Assembly: GCA_950097015.1 (NCBI GenBank)
Contig: CATNEN010000033.1
Location: forward strand, 124,001 to 188,000
Direction: 5' to 3'
Source: Macrostomum hystrix
Lineage: Eukaryota > Animalia > Platyhelminthes
Length of the DNA: 64,000 nucleotides
Under the pieces are notes generated by a model, which was not told where the DNA came from, did not search any database, and was given only the letters and a program-made list of their open reading frames with translations. Below are positions 51,101 through 63,364 of this stretch, piece by piece; position 1 is the first letter of the stretch; the number at the start of each line of letters is the position of its first letter. Both the position numbers and the translations under genes were made by a program.

Positions 51101-54100
51101 AAAATAATAGAAGACAAAACCTAGTAAAAGTAGTAAAAACGTTTTTGCTGTTTCTTTTCTTTTTTCAGCACCCTGGGTGAATTATAGTTGAGTTGTTGAG
51201 TTCGGGCCCAGTTGTCGAACATCTCGGATTAGGGAAGCTGGTATAGACAGTGAGCTTCATCTGAGAATTAATTCTAGGCCCGCTAATCAATGGCGGTGCT
51301 GATTTCGATTCCGTTAGAATCTGAGCGATTGCAAACAGGCGGAAGGAAAACGAGAAGGGAACACTAAAAGCAATCGGGGAATTGAGAGTCCGGCAGCATG
51401 GCCAAAGTATTTTCCTATGCTCACAACATGAGCACTTATATACGGCACTCAAATCTCGAATCTATCTTCAGCGCCACTTAAAAAATACTAGATCTCTACA
51501 TTATTGCCATCCGAATGCCTCTAGGACCGGGGAAGGCTCCGTTTGGATTGTATTGCACAATGCATCATCATGATAACGTGAGTGAGCACTGCTCATATTC
51601 AGCCGAGGTTTGCTCCATTAGAAAGCTTCAAAAATGTCGAAAATTTTGCCACTCATTATTATTAGGCTGAGAACTCTTGGGCGCCGAAATGCTCAGCTGA
51701 GTCCAACTCGATCTGGGATTTCTGTTGGGGGGGATTATTTAATCTTGACCCAGGCAGGCTCTGGCGCTACAGCGGCCACACGGTTTCCGCGAGAGTGACT
51801 TTACTCATCCGCAGCCAATTTATAGCGACTGATTGCATTTTAGCTGCCTGGGGCAAGCGGCAAGAGGACGGGAGCGCCAACTTACTCGAGAAAAATCACC
51901 AACTGTGTCAAACGTGCATGTCAGTGCTGCCAAAATGAGCCTCTGTACTTAGTAAACATCACTATAATTCATTATTGCCTAATAGGATGTTGAGTTATAA
52001 CTATATATTCTGAGTATAGTTCAAGAGTTCGAATCTTAGCAGGGATAGGAGGTTTAGATGTACGTGGACTGAAGAGGTGTACATCTGGTCCAACTATCTT
52101 GGGTTTAATTAGTATCTTCAAATCTATCTCGCCTGAACAATGTACTCCACGCTGATGATTTGGCAGTGGTGTCCGCATGCCGCTTGGTGGCAGCGGTGGG
52201 ATGTGAATGACGTCGTGATAGTAGCCCGAGCCGCCAGATTTCACCGCCTGGCCGGAGATGCTGAAGATAAGGGCCGAAGTCAGGTGCCGGCTGCGGCCAG
52301 CCGATAGCACCACGAGCTGCTGGAAGGTGATGTGAGTGCTGCGAACGGTTGCCGAGGAGCCGTTGAACAGCTGGACGCTGATGTCCATGGTTTCGCCGGG
52401 CACGAAGCCGCTCTTGACGAGGGCCAGCTCGCAAGCGATGCGACCCTTGCGGAAGCAGCAGCAGGCCAGTGCGATCTCCTTCTTTAGGCACACGCGGTCC
52501 TGTTCAGGTCAGGTTGCACATTATATGAGCCTTATTTCTTTAGACTCGTAGAACACTACAAAATGTGAAACTTCTCCGATTTTTAACTTCTGCGTTTTGA
52601 GTTTCAGCCAAAAGAAACTGATTTAGGAAACTTTAGGAATTGAAAGCTGCAGGGATGGGAAACTTCAGGGATGGGAAACTTCGGGGATGGGAAACTTCAG
52701 GGATGGGAAACTTCAGGGATGGAAAACTTCAATGAATGGGAAACTTCATGGATGGAAAACTTCAGGGATGGGGAACTTCAGGGATGGAAAACTTTAGGGA
52801 TGGAAAACTTCAGGGATGGGAAACTTCAGGGATGGGAAACTTCAGGGATGGGAAACTTTAGTGGTGGGAAACTTCAGGGATGGAAAACTTCAGGGATGGG
52901 AAACTTTAGTGGTGGGAAACTTCAGGGATGGGAAACTTCAGGGATGGGAAACTGCAGGGATGGGAAACTTTAGTGGTGGGAAACTTCAGGGATGGAAAAC
53001 TTCAATGAATGGGAAACTTCATGGATGGAAAACTTCAGGGATGGGAAACTTCAGGGATGGAAAACTTTAGGGATGGGAAACTTCAATGAATGGGAAACTT
53101 CATGGATGGAAAACTTCAGGATGGGAAACTTCAGGGATGGAAACTTTAGGGATGAAAAACTTTAGGGATGAAAAACTTCAGGGATGGGAAACTTCAGGGA
53201 TGGGAAACTTCAGGGATGGGAAACTTTAGTGGTGGGAAACTTCAGGGATGGAAAACTTCAGGGATGGAAAACTTCAGGGATGGGAAACTTTAGTGGTGGG
53301 AAACTTCAGGGATGGAAAACTTCAGGGATGGAAAACTTCAGGGGTGGGAAACTTCAGGGATGAGAAACTTCAGGGATGGGAAACTTCAGGGATGGGAAAC
53401 TTCAGAAAATGTAAATTTCATGCCAGAGTTGAAACTAAAAAACCAACCGCGAGATGCCGACTGTCGTTCAGATCGAATGGCCTAATGACCACAACGTGGC
53501 GCTCCTGGCTGTGACAGGCGGTTCGGCGGGAATTTTCAACATCAGCCCGGATGCTGTAGAGTACCTGGCCGCGCACTCGGCCGCCGCAGTCAGAGGTGTA
53601 GTCGAATGAGGACGGCAGGTCAGTTGGCAGTTGAAATTCGAAGCGGAACTCGTGCTGGCCGGCTTGTAGCACGACGCCTGATTGGCTGCCCCGATCTGCG
53701 GATTGGATTTTTAGTTTCCTGTTCTGTTTTCTCGGGAAGCTTAAACACACTGTCAAAGCACTACGAGTAATTGTTCACCTCTAAGAATTAACCTCTAACG
53801 TTTTCTATTTTCTGATTGGCTGTTAAAACGCTACGCCTACCCTGATAAGAATCTCTGATCTCTAACCATGTCTGATATCTGATTGGCTGTTAAAACACTA
53901 ATTCTCCGCTGATAAGATAAGCTCTAACCCTTTCTGGTTTCTCATTGGCTCTTAAAACTCTCATTCGCTTCTGATAAGCTTGGCTGAAAGTCAGATTATC
54001 CAAAGCGCTAAACAATTTTGTAAATCCCTCCTAAAAGAAGAAATACAAGCGCAAGTTGCTGCATTATGAACTCATTGAAGCCTTACATCTTCTTTGATAA

Positions 54101-57100
54101 CGACTTTGAATAGAAAGCTTGCCTCCGTCACGCAACGATTTCAAGATTCGGCAGTTAAATACCCAGGACTTATCTCCTCTCCCATTCATCAATGAAAGGA
54201 TTTCACCTCAACTGATCAGCACCATTGTGTTTAGGCACTGGCGAACTCAATGCACTTTAGCTTTGGCTTAGCAATGTTCGTGAAGGATTTTTTAAACATC
54301 TGAGCATAAACGAACCCTTGCAGAATAAGTCTCGCTGATGAAGGAAGAAAGTCTGACAGCCAGTGACCGTCTCGGGGCCCTCCGACCTGCCGCTCATCTG
54401 CAGCCAAGACGTGCTTGCAGATCCGCTGAAGATCACCTGACAGCCTGGGGATAAAATTGAAAGCATATGATGTACGTTTTTAAAAAGGTGCAATACCATT
54501 CTTCCCTAGGACAGAGGGGCAGTTGAGCAGTCTGGAGTGCTCATTCTCTCCCTCCACAAGACGGAGCGGCAGTTGAGCAGTCTGGAGTGCTCATTCTCCC
54601 CCCCCCCCCAGGACGGAGCGGCAGTTCAGCAGCCTGGAGTGCTCATTCTCTCCCTCCACAAGACGGAGCGGCAGTTGAGCAGTCTGGAGTGCTCATTCTC
54701 TCCCTCCCCAGGACGGAGCGGCAGTTGAGCAGTCTGGAGTGCTCATTCTCTCCCTCCCCAGGACGGAGCGGCAGTTGAGCAGCCTGGAGTGCTCATTCTC
54801 TCCCCCCCAGGGCGGAGCGGCAGTTGAGCAGCCTGGAGTGCTCATTCTCTCCCAACCAGGACGGAGCGGCAGTTGAGCAGTCTGGAGTGCTCATTCTCTC
54901 CCTCCACAAGACGGAGCGGCAGTTGAGCAGTCTGGAGTGCTCATTCTCTCCCTCCCCAGGACGGAGCGGCAGTTGAGCAGCCTGGAGTGCTCATTCTCTC
55001 CCCCCAGGACGGAGCGGCAGTTGAGCAGCCTGGAGTGCTCATTCTCTCCCCCCCAGGACGGAGCGGCAGTTGAGCAGTTTGGAGTGCTCATTCTCCCCCC
55101 CCCAGGACGGAGCGGCAGTTCAGCAGCCTGGAGTGCTCATTCTCTCCCTCCCAGGACGGAGCGGCAGTTGAGCAGTCTGGAGTGCTCATTCCCCCCCCCA
55201 GGACGGAGCGGCAGTTGAGCAGTCTGAAGTGCTCATTCTCTCCCTCCCCAGGACGGAGCGGCAGTTGAGCAGTCTGGAGTGCTCATTCTCTCCCTCCCCA
55301 GGACGGAGCGGCAGTTGAGCAGCCTGGAGTGCTCATTCTCTCCCTCCCCAGGACGGAGCGGCAGTTGAGCAGCCTGGAGTGCTCATTCTCTCCCTCCCCA
55401 GGACGGAGCGGCAGTTGAGCAGTCTGGAGTGCTCATTCTCTCCCTCCCCAGGACGGAGCGGCAGTTGAGCAGCCTGGAGTGCTCATTCTCTCCCTCCCCA
55501 GGACGGAGCGGCAGTTGAGCAGCCTGGAGTGCTCATTCTCACCCCCCCAGGACGGAGCGGCAGTTGAGCAGCCTGGAGTGCTCATTCTCTCCCTCCCCAG
55601 GACGGAGCGGCAGTTGAGCAGTCTGGAGTGCTCATTCTCTCCCTCCCCAGGACGGAGCGGCAGTTGAGCAGTCTGGAGTGCTCATTCTCTCCCTCCCCAG
55701 GACGGAGCGGCAGTTGAGCAGCCTGGAGTGCTCATTCTCTCCCTTCCCAGGACGGAGCGGCAGTTGAGCAGTCTGGAGTGCTCATTCTCTCCCTCCCCAG
55801 GACGGAGCGGCAGTTGAGCAGTCTGGAGTGCTCATTCTCTCCCTCCCCAGGACTGAGCGGCAGTTGAGCAGCCTGGAGTGCTCATTCTCACCCCCCCAGG
55901 ACGGAGCGGCAGTTGAGCAGTCTGGAGTGCTCATTCTCTCCCTCCCCAGGACGGAGCGGCAGTTGAGCAGCCTGGAGTGCTCATTCTCTCCCTCCCCAGG
56001 ACGGAGCGGCAGTTGAGCAGTCTGGAGTGCTCATTCTCTCCCACCCAGGACGGAGCGGCAGTTGAGCAGTCTGGAGTGCTCATTCTCTCCCACCCAGGAC
56101 GGAGCGGCAGTTGAGCAGTCTGAAGGACCCAGACTCCGTTTGATCAAAGAGAGACACAAAATTATATTTAAAATCAAGCGTCCAGATGCAACAAGTGCTC
56201 TTTCTCTAAGAAAATCAATACGGAGCTGATCAATCAGTGCAATCCAAATGAACATCAGCAATCTGTCAGAGAATCTCTGTCAGGTTTTTGATTACGCAAA
56301 ACATCAGACTGCGCTGAAGACGAAGTGGATCCTAAATGACTCAATCATGCAATTCAGAAAGCACAAATACAGTCACTTTCCTGATCTCACACAGCCCACA
56401 CACATGGCAACTATTAAATTACTCCTAGCTCTCAAGTGAAACACGAGACAGGCACAAAGGAGAGCTAGGGAGAGTACTGTTTTTAGGGGAAGACAGACAG
56501 ACAGAGAGACATTGGGTAGGCAACACGGTCACAGCCCAGTCGCGGCAGAAGCATTAGTCCACAGATCAATGAAGACACTGGAGTAGCCAGCGGTAGATCA
56601 TTTAGGGGCAATCATTGATCTCGCAAGTCACCATTTTTTACGCTGAACAGCAGCCACAGCACAAATTTGAAGATGCATTTCAACCCCTTTTTGTAAATCC
56701 CGAGCTGTCGCAGAATAGTTGGGCTAGCGACGGTGTTAATGGCTAATAGGGATTCTATAGCGCAAGTGTCCCATACGTGTTAATTAGTTTAGCCTTAGCT
56801 TCTATCTGGGAAGTGGGCAAGGCTGCTGTCCTAAGGGCTGCTGTCCTATCGTGTTGTTTTCTCAATCGAGATTTACGATCTTACCTGGAGCCGCTAATCC
56901 AGTGTCCCATCTCCTTTGCCTCTTAATTTTACGTATTCTCTTTTGCGTCCCAGCGGGAAGGGATATCTTTGACAGTGTCTGGGGAACTGGAATTCTTCAC
57001 ACTGACACATCGACTCACGATCAAGATGGGCTAGCTGCGAAAATTTTGCGTGTCCTCATAGCTTATACTCGTAGGTGTGACTTGAGCGGACGGAAGTTTG

Positions 57101-58267
57101 CCAGCTAGCACTGCAGAGAGAAATCAGATCCCAGACTACAGTTACTAAGCAGACTAGATAGCTTGCAATAATTTGCACAGTAGCACAGCTGATACAGTCA
57201 CAGCCCCACACCTCTGACAGTCACAGCCCCACACCTCTGACATTCACAGCCCCACACCTCTGACAGTCACAGCCCCACACCTCTGACAGTCACAGCCCCA
57301 CACCTCTGACATTCACAGCCCCACACCTCTGACAGTCACAGCCCCACACCTCTGACAGTCACAGCCCCACACCTCTGACATTCACAGCCCCACACCTCTG
57401 ACAGTCACAGCCCCACACCTCTGACATTCACAGCCCCACACCTCTGACAGTCACAGCCCCACACCTCTGACAGTCACAGCGCCACACCTCTGACAGTCAC
57501 AGCCCCACACCTCTGACAGTCACAGCCCCACACCTCTGACAGTCACAGCCCCACACCTCTGACAGTCACAGCCCCACACCTCTGACAGTCACAGCCCCAC
57601 ACCTCTGACAGTCACAGCGCCACACCTCTGACAGTCACAGCCCCACACCTCTGACAGTCACAGCCCCACACCTCTGAAAGTCACAGCCCCACACCTCTGA
57701 CAGTCACAGCCCCACACCTCTGACAGTCACAGCCCCACACCTCTGACAGTCACAGCGCCACACCTCTGACAGTCACAGCCCCACACCTCTGACAGTCACA
57801 GCCCCACACCTCTGACAGTCACAGCCCCACACCTCTGACATTCACAGCGCCACACCTCTGACAGACACAGCCCCACACCTCTGACAGTCACAGCCCCACA
57901 ACTCCTACCTAAAAGCCCACACCTCCTACCTAGAAGCCCACACCTCCTACCTAGAAGCCCACACCTCCTACCTAGAAGCCCACACCTCCTACCTAGAAGC
58001 CCACACCTCCAACCCAGAAGCCCACACCTCCTACCTAGAAGCCCACATGCGCAGGCAATCTGTCTACCTACCAAACAGCGTGGCCTCCTGGCAGATGTCG
58101 CAGCGGACGGCGCCGGTCACGCAGTCGCCGGGCGCGAAGACTCCCTCCGGCTTGTCCAGGAGGATGTCCAGGTGACGCAGGCCGAGGGTTTCGCGATCCG
58201 GACAGCCGGCTACCTGCGTGCCCGGCACCCCCAGCGTCCCAGGCCGGCTAGGGGAGGTGGGATTCAT
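48198..58267 (-). CDS. Alpha-arrestin (arrestin-domain-containing, ARRDC/TXNIP-like) gene with an apparent frameshift near 52170
   Basis: Exons 58267-58072 (LDILLDKPEGVFAPGDCVTGAV), 54444-54316, 53695-53448 (GQHEFRFEFQLPTDLPSSF...GQVLYSIRA), 52499-52133 (ACCCFRKG...GFVPGET...IPPLPPS, then CQIISVEY in the +1 frame), 51039-50927 (LDLSLPVTIGTHPL), about 48454-48198 (PVYLYY). Arrestin N and C domains are clear. Confidence 0.85.
48540..48705. repeat. 24-bp intronic minisatellite
   Basis: Unit AGAAACAGTAAGGGTAGGACCACT, about 7 copies. Confidence 0.88.
49110..50910. repeat. 23-bp intronic minisatellite
   Basis: Unit CCATCTACCACTGATCTGTCACT with variants, about 78 copies. Confidence 0.93.
52650..53405. 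repeat. 16-bp G-rich intronic minisatellite
   Basis: Unit GGGATGGGAAACTTCA with variants. Confidence 0.92.
54510..56122. repeat. 50-bp intronic minisatellite
   Basis: Unit GGACGGAGCGGCAGTTGAGCAGTCTGGAGTGCTCATTCTCTCCCTCCCCA, about 32 copies. Confidence 0.93.
57195..58045. repeat. Two abutting intronic minisatellites (23-bp then 21-bp) sharing a CCCACACCT core
   Basis: GACAGTCACAGCCCCACACCTCT (57195-57900), then CCTACCTAGAAGCCCACACCT (57900-58045). Confidence 0.92.
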
Positions 58268-58587
58268 CTGGTTGCTAGGCAAATCTTTCACTTATAGACT
58301 CTATTGAATAAACAATAAAGCTTCACACTTCAGCTGATCTCACTGAGCTGTCAATCTCTTTGAGCTAGAGTAGAGCTCACTATTTTTGAAGTCGTAAGAA
58401 CTCAGCTATTCTTACTTTTGCTTCTATTGTTGTGTCCAGGAAAAAAATAAATAGAGGGAAGAGCGGAGCCAATACTTGACTTTGCTGATTGATTTGCTTG
58501 CGCTGCTGCGGAAGCATGCCAAGCGGAAGCAAGAGCCAGCAGGCAGAGGCGCGAGGGAGCGGAACACGCGCCCCAGACACTGGGCAG

Positions 58588-58617
58588 ACTTATATATAGG
58601 AAACTAGCGGGCCAATC
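58588..58617 (-). promoter_or_regulatory. TATA box and CCAAT box of the arrestin gene
   Basis: Minus strand CCTATATATAAG at about 58600-58589; GCCAATC at 58611-58617. Confidence 0.55.
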
Positions 58618-59069
58618 GGGCTGGTGCTAGGAGAGTCCCACCTACCCCCACCCAGACAAGCAAGCTCACAGGGTCTGATCCTGTGTCCCTCGAGTCGCAA
58701 ATTAGGAGTCTCATATTCTCTGAATAGGTGCGCGGGCATAGATCACAGACGCTTCCGTTGCAGCTAAAGAAGGTCGAGCGGATTTTCCTAAATCTGTACC
58801 GATCATTAGCCCAGCTAATGTTGGGCTTTGCTGTCAAACGCCACTGCCCTCTCCGAAATCTGCTAATTCTATAGGACGCGAAAATTCTTTGACTTATAAT
58901 CCACCCGTAAGCCGATTTTCCAGCAAAAAACACTTTAAGTTTGACCATATTCGCAGCTACTCGTCAGTAGCTAATGCGCGAATTTAATTATTGGAAGGAG
59001 AAAAACGACTAAAATAAGAAATTTAACAGGCGTCAATCTAACATCACTACTCATTCTAGCTACTTAAGG

Positions 59070-59990
59070 GTGCCATTTCTACCCACACAATAGTTAGAAT
59101 AAGATGCCATTTCTACCCTCACAATAGTTAGAATGATATGTCATTTCTACCCTCACAATAGTTAGAATAAGATGCCATTTCTACCCCTACAATAGTTAGA
59201 ATGGGTGCCATTTCTACCCTCACAATAGTTAGAATGGGGTGCCATTCCTACCCCTACAATAGTTAGAATGGGGTGCCATTCCTACCCCTACAATAGTTAG
59301 AATGGGTGCCATTTCTACCCTCACAATAGTTAGAATAAGATGCCATTTCTACCCCTACAATAGTTAGAATGGGTGCCATTTCTACCCTCACAATAGTTAG
59401 AATGGGGTGCCATTCCTACCCCTACAATAGTTAGAATGGGGTGCCATTCCTACCCCTACAATAGTTAGAATGGGTGCCATTTCTACCCTCACAATAGTTA
59501 GAATGGGGTGCCATTCCTACCCCTACAATAGTTAGAATGGGGTGCCATTCCTACCCCTACAATAGTTAGAATGGGTGCCATTTCTACCCTCACAATAGTT
59601 AGAATAAGATGCCATTTCTACCCCTACAATAGTTAGAATGGGTGCCATTTCTACCCTCACAATAGTTAGAATGGGGTGCCATTCCTACCCCTACAATAGT
59701 TAGAATGGGGTGCCATTCCTACCCCTACAATAGTTAGAATGGGTGCCATTTCTACCCTCACAATAGTTAGAATGGGGTGCCATTCCTACCCCTACAATAG
59801 TTAGAATGGGGTGCCATTCCTACCCCTACAATAGTTAGAATGGGTGCCATTTCTACCCTCACAATAGTTAGAATGGGGTGCCATTCCTACCCCTACAATA
59901 GTTAGAATAGGTGCCATTCCTACCCCTACAATAGTTAGAATAGGTGCCATTCCTACCCCTACAATAGTTAGAATAAGATGTCATTTCTAA
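59070..59990. repeat. 33/34-bp intergenic minisatellite with higher-order structure
   Basis: Unit ATT(T/C)CTACCC(TC/CT)ACAATAGTTAGAATGGG(G)TGCC; the AATAAGATGCC variant recurs at about 59335 and 59604. Confidence 0.92.
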
Positions 59991-61845
59991 CCTAAAATGT
60001 GAATTATGCATTTCGCACCTCCAGATTTGCACTCGAGTCCAAATCTTTTAAAGAACTGTGAAGGCGAAACAAAAAGAATTATTTTTTCAGCTGAGCTGTT
60101 TATCCCAGTAATCTTTATAATCGTGCTTATGCGTATAATTATAACCAGCATATTGTGAGTTCGAAGTCTCAAAAAGGCAGCCTTGAACATCGCAGGTTTG
60201 GGTTTAGGATATTTAGCGACATTAATTGCGCATTTGTTATAAACAGGTATAAACAAGCTTAATGGCACAAACACAACACATGGCACCAAACCAGAACTAT
60301 ATCCTAACAAAATGAGAAACAGGCTTCTTATCGATAAAGTATTGTGAGCTGAAATTGTGAGAGAAAAGAGAAGAAGAATTTTCTGAAAAATCGGTGAGCT
60401 TAAGGAAAATATAATAAGATACCAAAATATAGCCAATGAACATTGTTTACCAAACCAATTTAATATCTGAGACCATTTAAGAGTGAATTGTGCAATGCAT
60501 TTAATAAACAAAACCCTTTTAAGTTGACTAACTTTGAGTTTGAAACAATGCGGATACATTATTGTGAGTTGAAAAGACTTCGGCGGGTTTTTTGTGCAAA
60601 ATAGGAGTGGAATCTACCAAAATCACCCTATCTCGCACGAGTTAAAGAAACCGCCGAAGAATCACCCGAACCAGTGGCCCATGGGACAACCAGAGAATTA
60701 TTTACGGGCGATTCCTCGGCGGTTTCTGAGCATGGAATCTTCCGAACTGGAGGATTCTTTGGGTGATTCCATTTCGCCACCAAGAAGCACCGAGAAAACG
60801 CCCAGTTGGGTAGATTCTAAGCATGGAATCATCCGATTGGTATGTTTCCAGCGTTCGGTTGTTTCTTTTTCTGGAAACACCGCAGATTCCAACTGGAATC
60901 ACCCAAAGAAACATCCCTATTTTTAGCGGGATATTAGGGGCAGAGGAGAGGGCAGAGGGGAGAGGATATAATGGGAGAAAAGTGTAACAAAATAAACTAA
61001 CCAGATATGAGCCAAAATAAAACGAACAAAAATTTTCAGCAACAGATGTTTAAAAAAGGAAATTAAAAAGCTGGCTGTGAGATATAGTGACATAAAAAAA
61101 TTCTAACTTTTATGTTAAATTCTCCATCAATGAAAAGGCGAGTTAGTTCTTCAGCGGAAAAGGGGTTTAAATGCCAGCTTCAGCAGCAGCAGTAGCTGAG
61201 GTGATCTAAGGTGACAATGTCTAGAAGATATGCGGTGGAGTGCACTGACAACGATTTCTGAACTAAAATATCGTCTGTTTTTGGAGGAAATCAGACACCG
61301 ATTGTTGGTCATTGAGAATTTTTGACACTGAAAAAACACAAAATTAATGCTTTTCAAATAATTTAGGACAAAATCTACTAAACTACAAAAAGTGAAACAG
61401 TTAGCATAATCTTTGTTCAAATGGTAGGCACACAGACACAGAGACAGAAAGCCATTAGTGAAAAAGTGAAAAGCAATTCTATGAAACTAATTATTGGCAA
61501 AAAAAGAGAGAGAATCCGTTAGCGACATTAACGATTAACACACTCTCACATATTTGACGCGAAAAATCGCGTCAAAAAAGTAACGATTAACGATTAACTG
61601 AACGGTCAGCTGACGAAAGAGTTGACGGTATTTTTTAGCCCTTTAACTTAAAAACCAAAATTGTATCACAGAAAAAATTAACAATCAACGATTTCTACCA
61701 GTCCACTCACATTTTGAAATAGTCTCCTAGGTTTCAATAACTTCAACAAAAAAATTAACTTAAACATTAACAGCTGTTGAACTTGTTCAAATAGTAGGAG
61801 AGATTGTTCTCATAAACAGCAGCAATGAGATCAGTGAGGCGGGCG

Positions 61846-63320
61846 TCAGAGCACAGTCTGAGCTCGCCTGTCAAGAATCCGGTGGCGCAGCTCAACTAGG
61901 CTCTGCCTGATGCCCTCCAGAGACTCAAGCGCCGCCTCTAGCGCCGAGGCCAACTGTTCCACGTCGTCAACGTGGATGTGCTGACCGTCAGAGGCGGATG
62001 GAGAACTCGCTGACTGCTGCTGCTGCTGTGGCGGCAATAGTGGCGCAGCCTTGTCAAGCAACAACTGCAGCCGATTGCACCTGGCGTGCAGGCTGAAGAA
62101 GCAGAACAGCAGAATGCAGCAGAGAGCCAGCAGGCTGCCGAGAACAACCCGACCGCTGCCGGCTCTGGCAGCCGAGCGTCGGCGAAGAGCGGCAGCCGCA
62201 GCCGGCAGCGGCGGAACGGCCGACTGCAGGTCGGGCACAAGAGAATCGGCCTCTAGAGCGTCGACATCGTCTGAACTTACTCCGTCGCCGGCAGAAGCTG
62301 AGGCAGCACCAGCGGCGCCGCCGGAGTCTCCAGCTTCGCCGACTGAGTCTCCAGGACGAGCAGCGTTAATGGCCGCCAGACCAACCGGTCCCCTGGCGGC
62401 CAGGTAGGCGATGAGGCAGGCCCGCATGGCGCTAAAATGATCCGCCAGGCCTTTCTTAGCTGAGCTGTCAATCAGATTGCGGACAATTTTGAACAGTGAC
62501 CGGGTGAAGCGCAGGTCGGTGGTGACGCGAAGGCGGCAGGAGTTGGGGCCGTGGCTGCGCAGGCAGTAGCGGGCCCTGGTGTGAAAGCTATCGCAGTAGG
62601 GCACCTCGCGGCTGCGCACTGTCACATCCACGCAATAGGACCTGCCAGGCCGGCAGTCTGCGATGCGGTAGATTTGCTCCTCCACTTGCTGGGCGGAGCG
62701 CGGCCCTACGGCGTTGTTTAACGGTAGGGTGAAGGTCACTCGGCGAGCGCGCCATTCGCCAACCGTAGCAGCGGAATCGTCCGCAGCGTCAGCCTCGGCT
62801 CCCGTCGGCGGCTGTGTCGTCGGCGGAGGCGCCGGTCGCCAAGGCTCGGCGCAGACGTCTGTCATGCCGCGATGCCTGGCAAACTGACGAAACCAATTGG
62901 ACTTGTGAGCGAACAGGCACTGGAAGACCGTGTCAACGCCAGCCGACAGCTGCACATTCAGGTATTCATCGGCGAAGTGCTCGTGTCGCTCGCACGGATC
63001 TGCCAGCTGGGCGCCGCTGGCCTCGCTAGTGTCTTCGCCGATGCAGTCACTGCGGTTACTTCGCCTGCTACGCAAGCCGAACTCGGCCGCCAGCGGGTCA
63101 ACGACGGGAGTCGATGACGCCTCTCCGTTGATTCCAACGCCGCTGCTGTTTCCGCCTCCGCCGCTGCCATCGTCGCCTCCCGTCTCGGAGGCGGTCGCCT
63201 GGACTGCAACCTCGTCATTGGACTCGTCCTGCGTGGCGGCGGAGCCCGCTCCGGCTGACGAGCGACGGCGCCCGCCGGAAGACGAGGTAGCGACAGGATC
63301 CAGGTCGTCCTCCACTTGGC
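61846..63320 (-). CDS. GRAMD1: Terminal exon of a GRAMD1/Aster-like sterol transporter (VASt/StART-like domain, transmembrane helix, coiled coil)
   Basis: EYLNVQLSAGVDTVFQCLF...W...RRVTFTLPLNNAVGPRSA...VPYCDSFHTRARYCL...CRLRV...IDSSAKKGLADHF is a VASt domain, followed by VVLGSLLALCCILLFCFFSL (TM) and VEQLASALEAALESLEGIRQSL. Phase-1 acceptor at 63321; the GRAM exons lie beyond the window. Confidence 0.85.
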
Positions 63321-63364
63321 CTATCGTTGGGCAGAAGGTCATCGCTCAATATGTTTAGGTCACC

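Noticed and set aside
59987-60559. 190-aa AT-rich hydrophobic ORF
   Set aside because: Base composition is unlike the GC-rich true exons in this window, and there is no recognisable motif.
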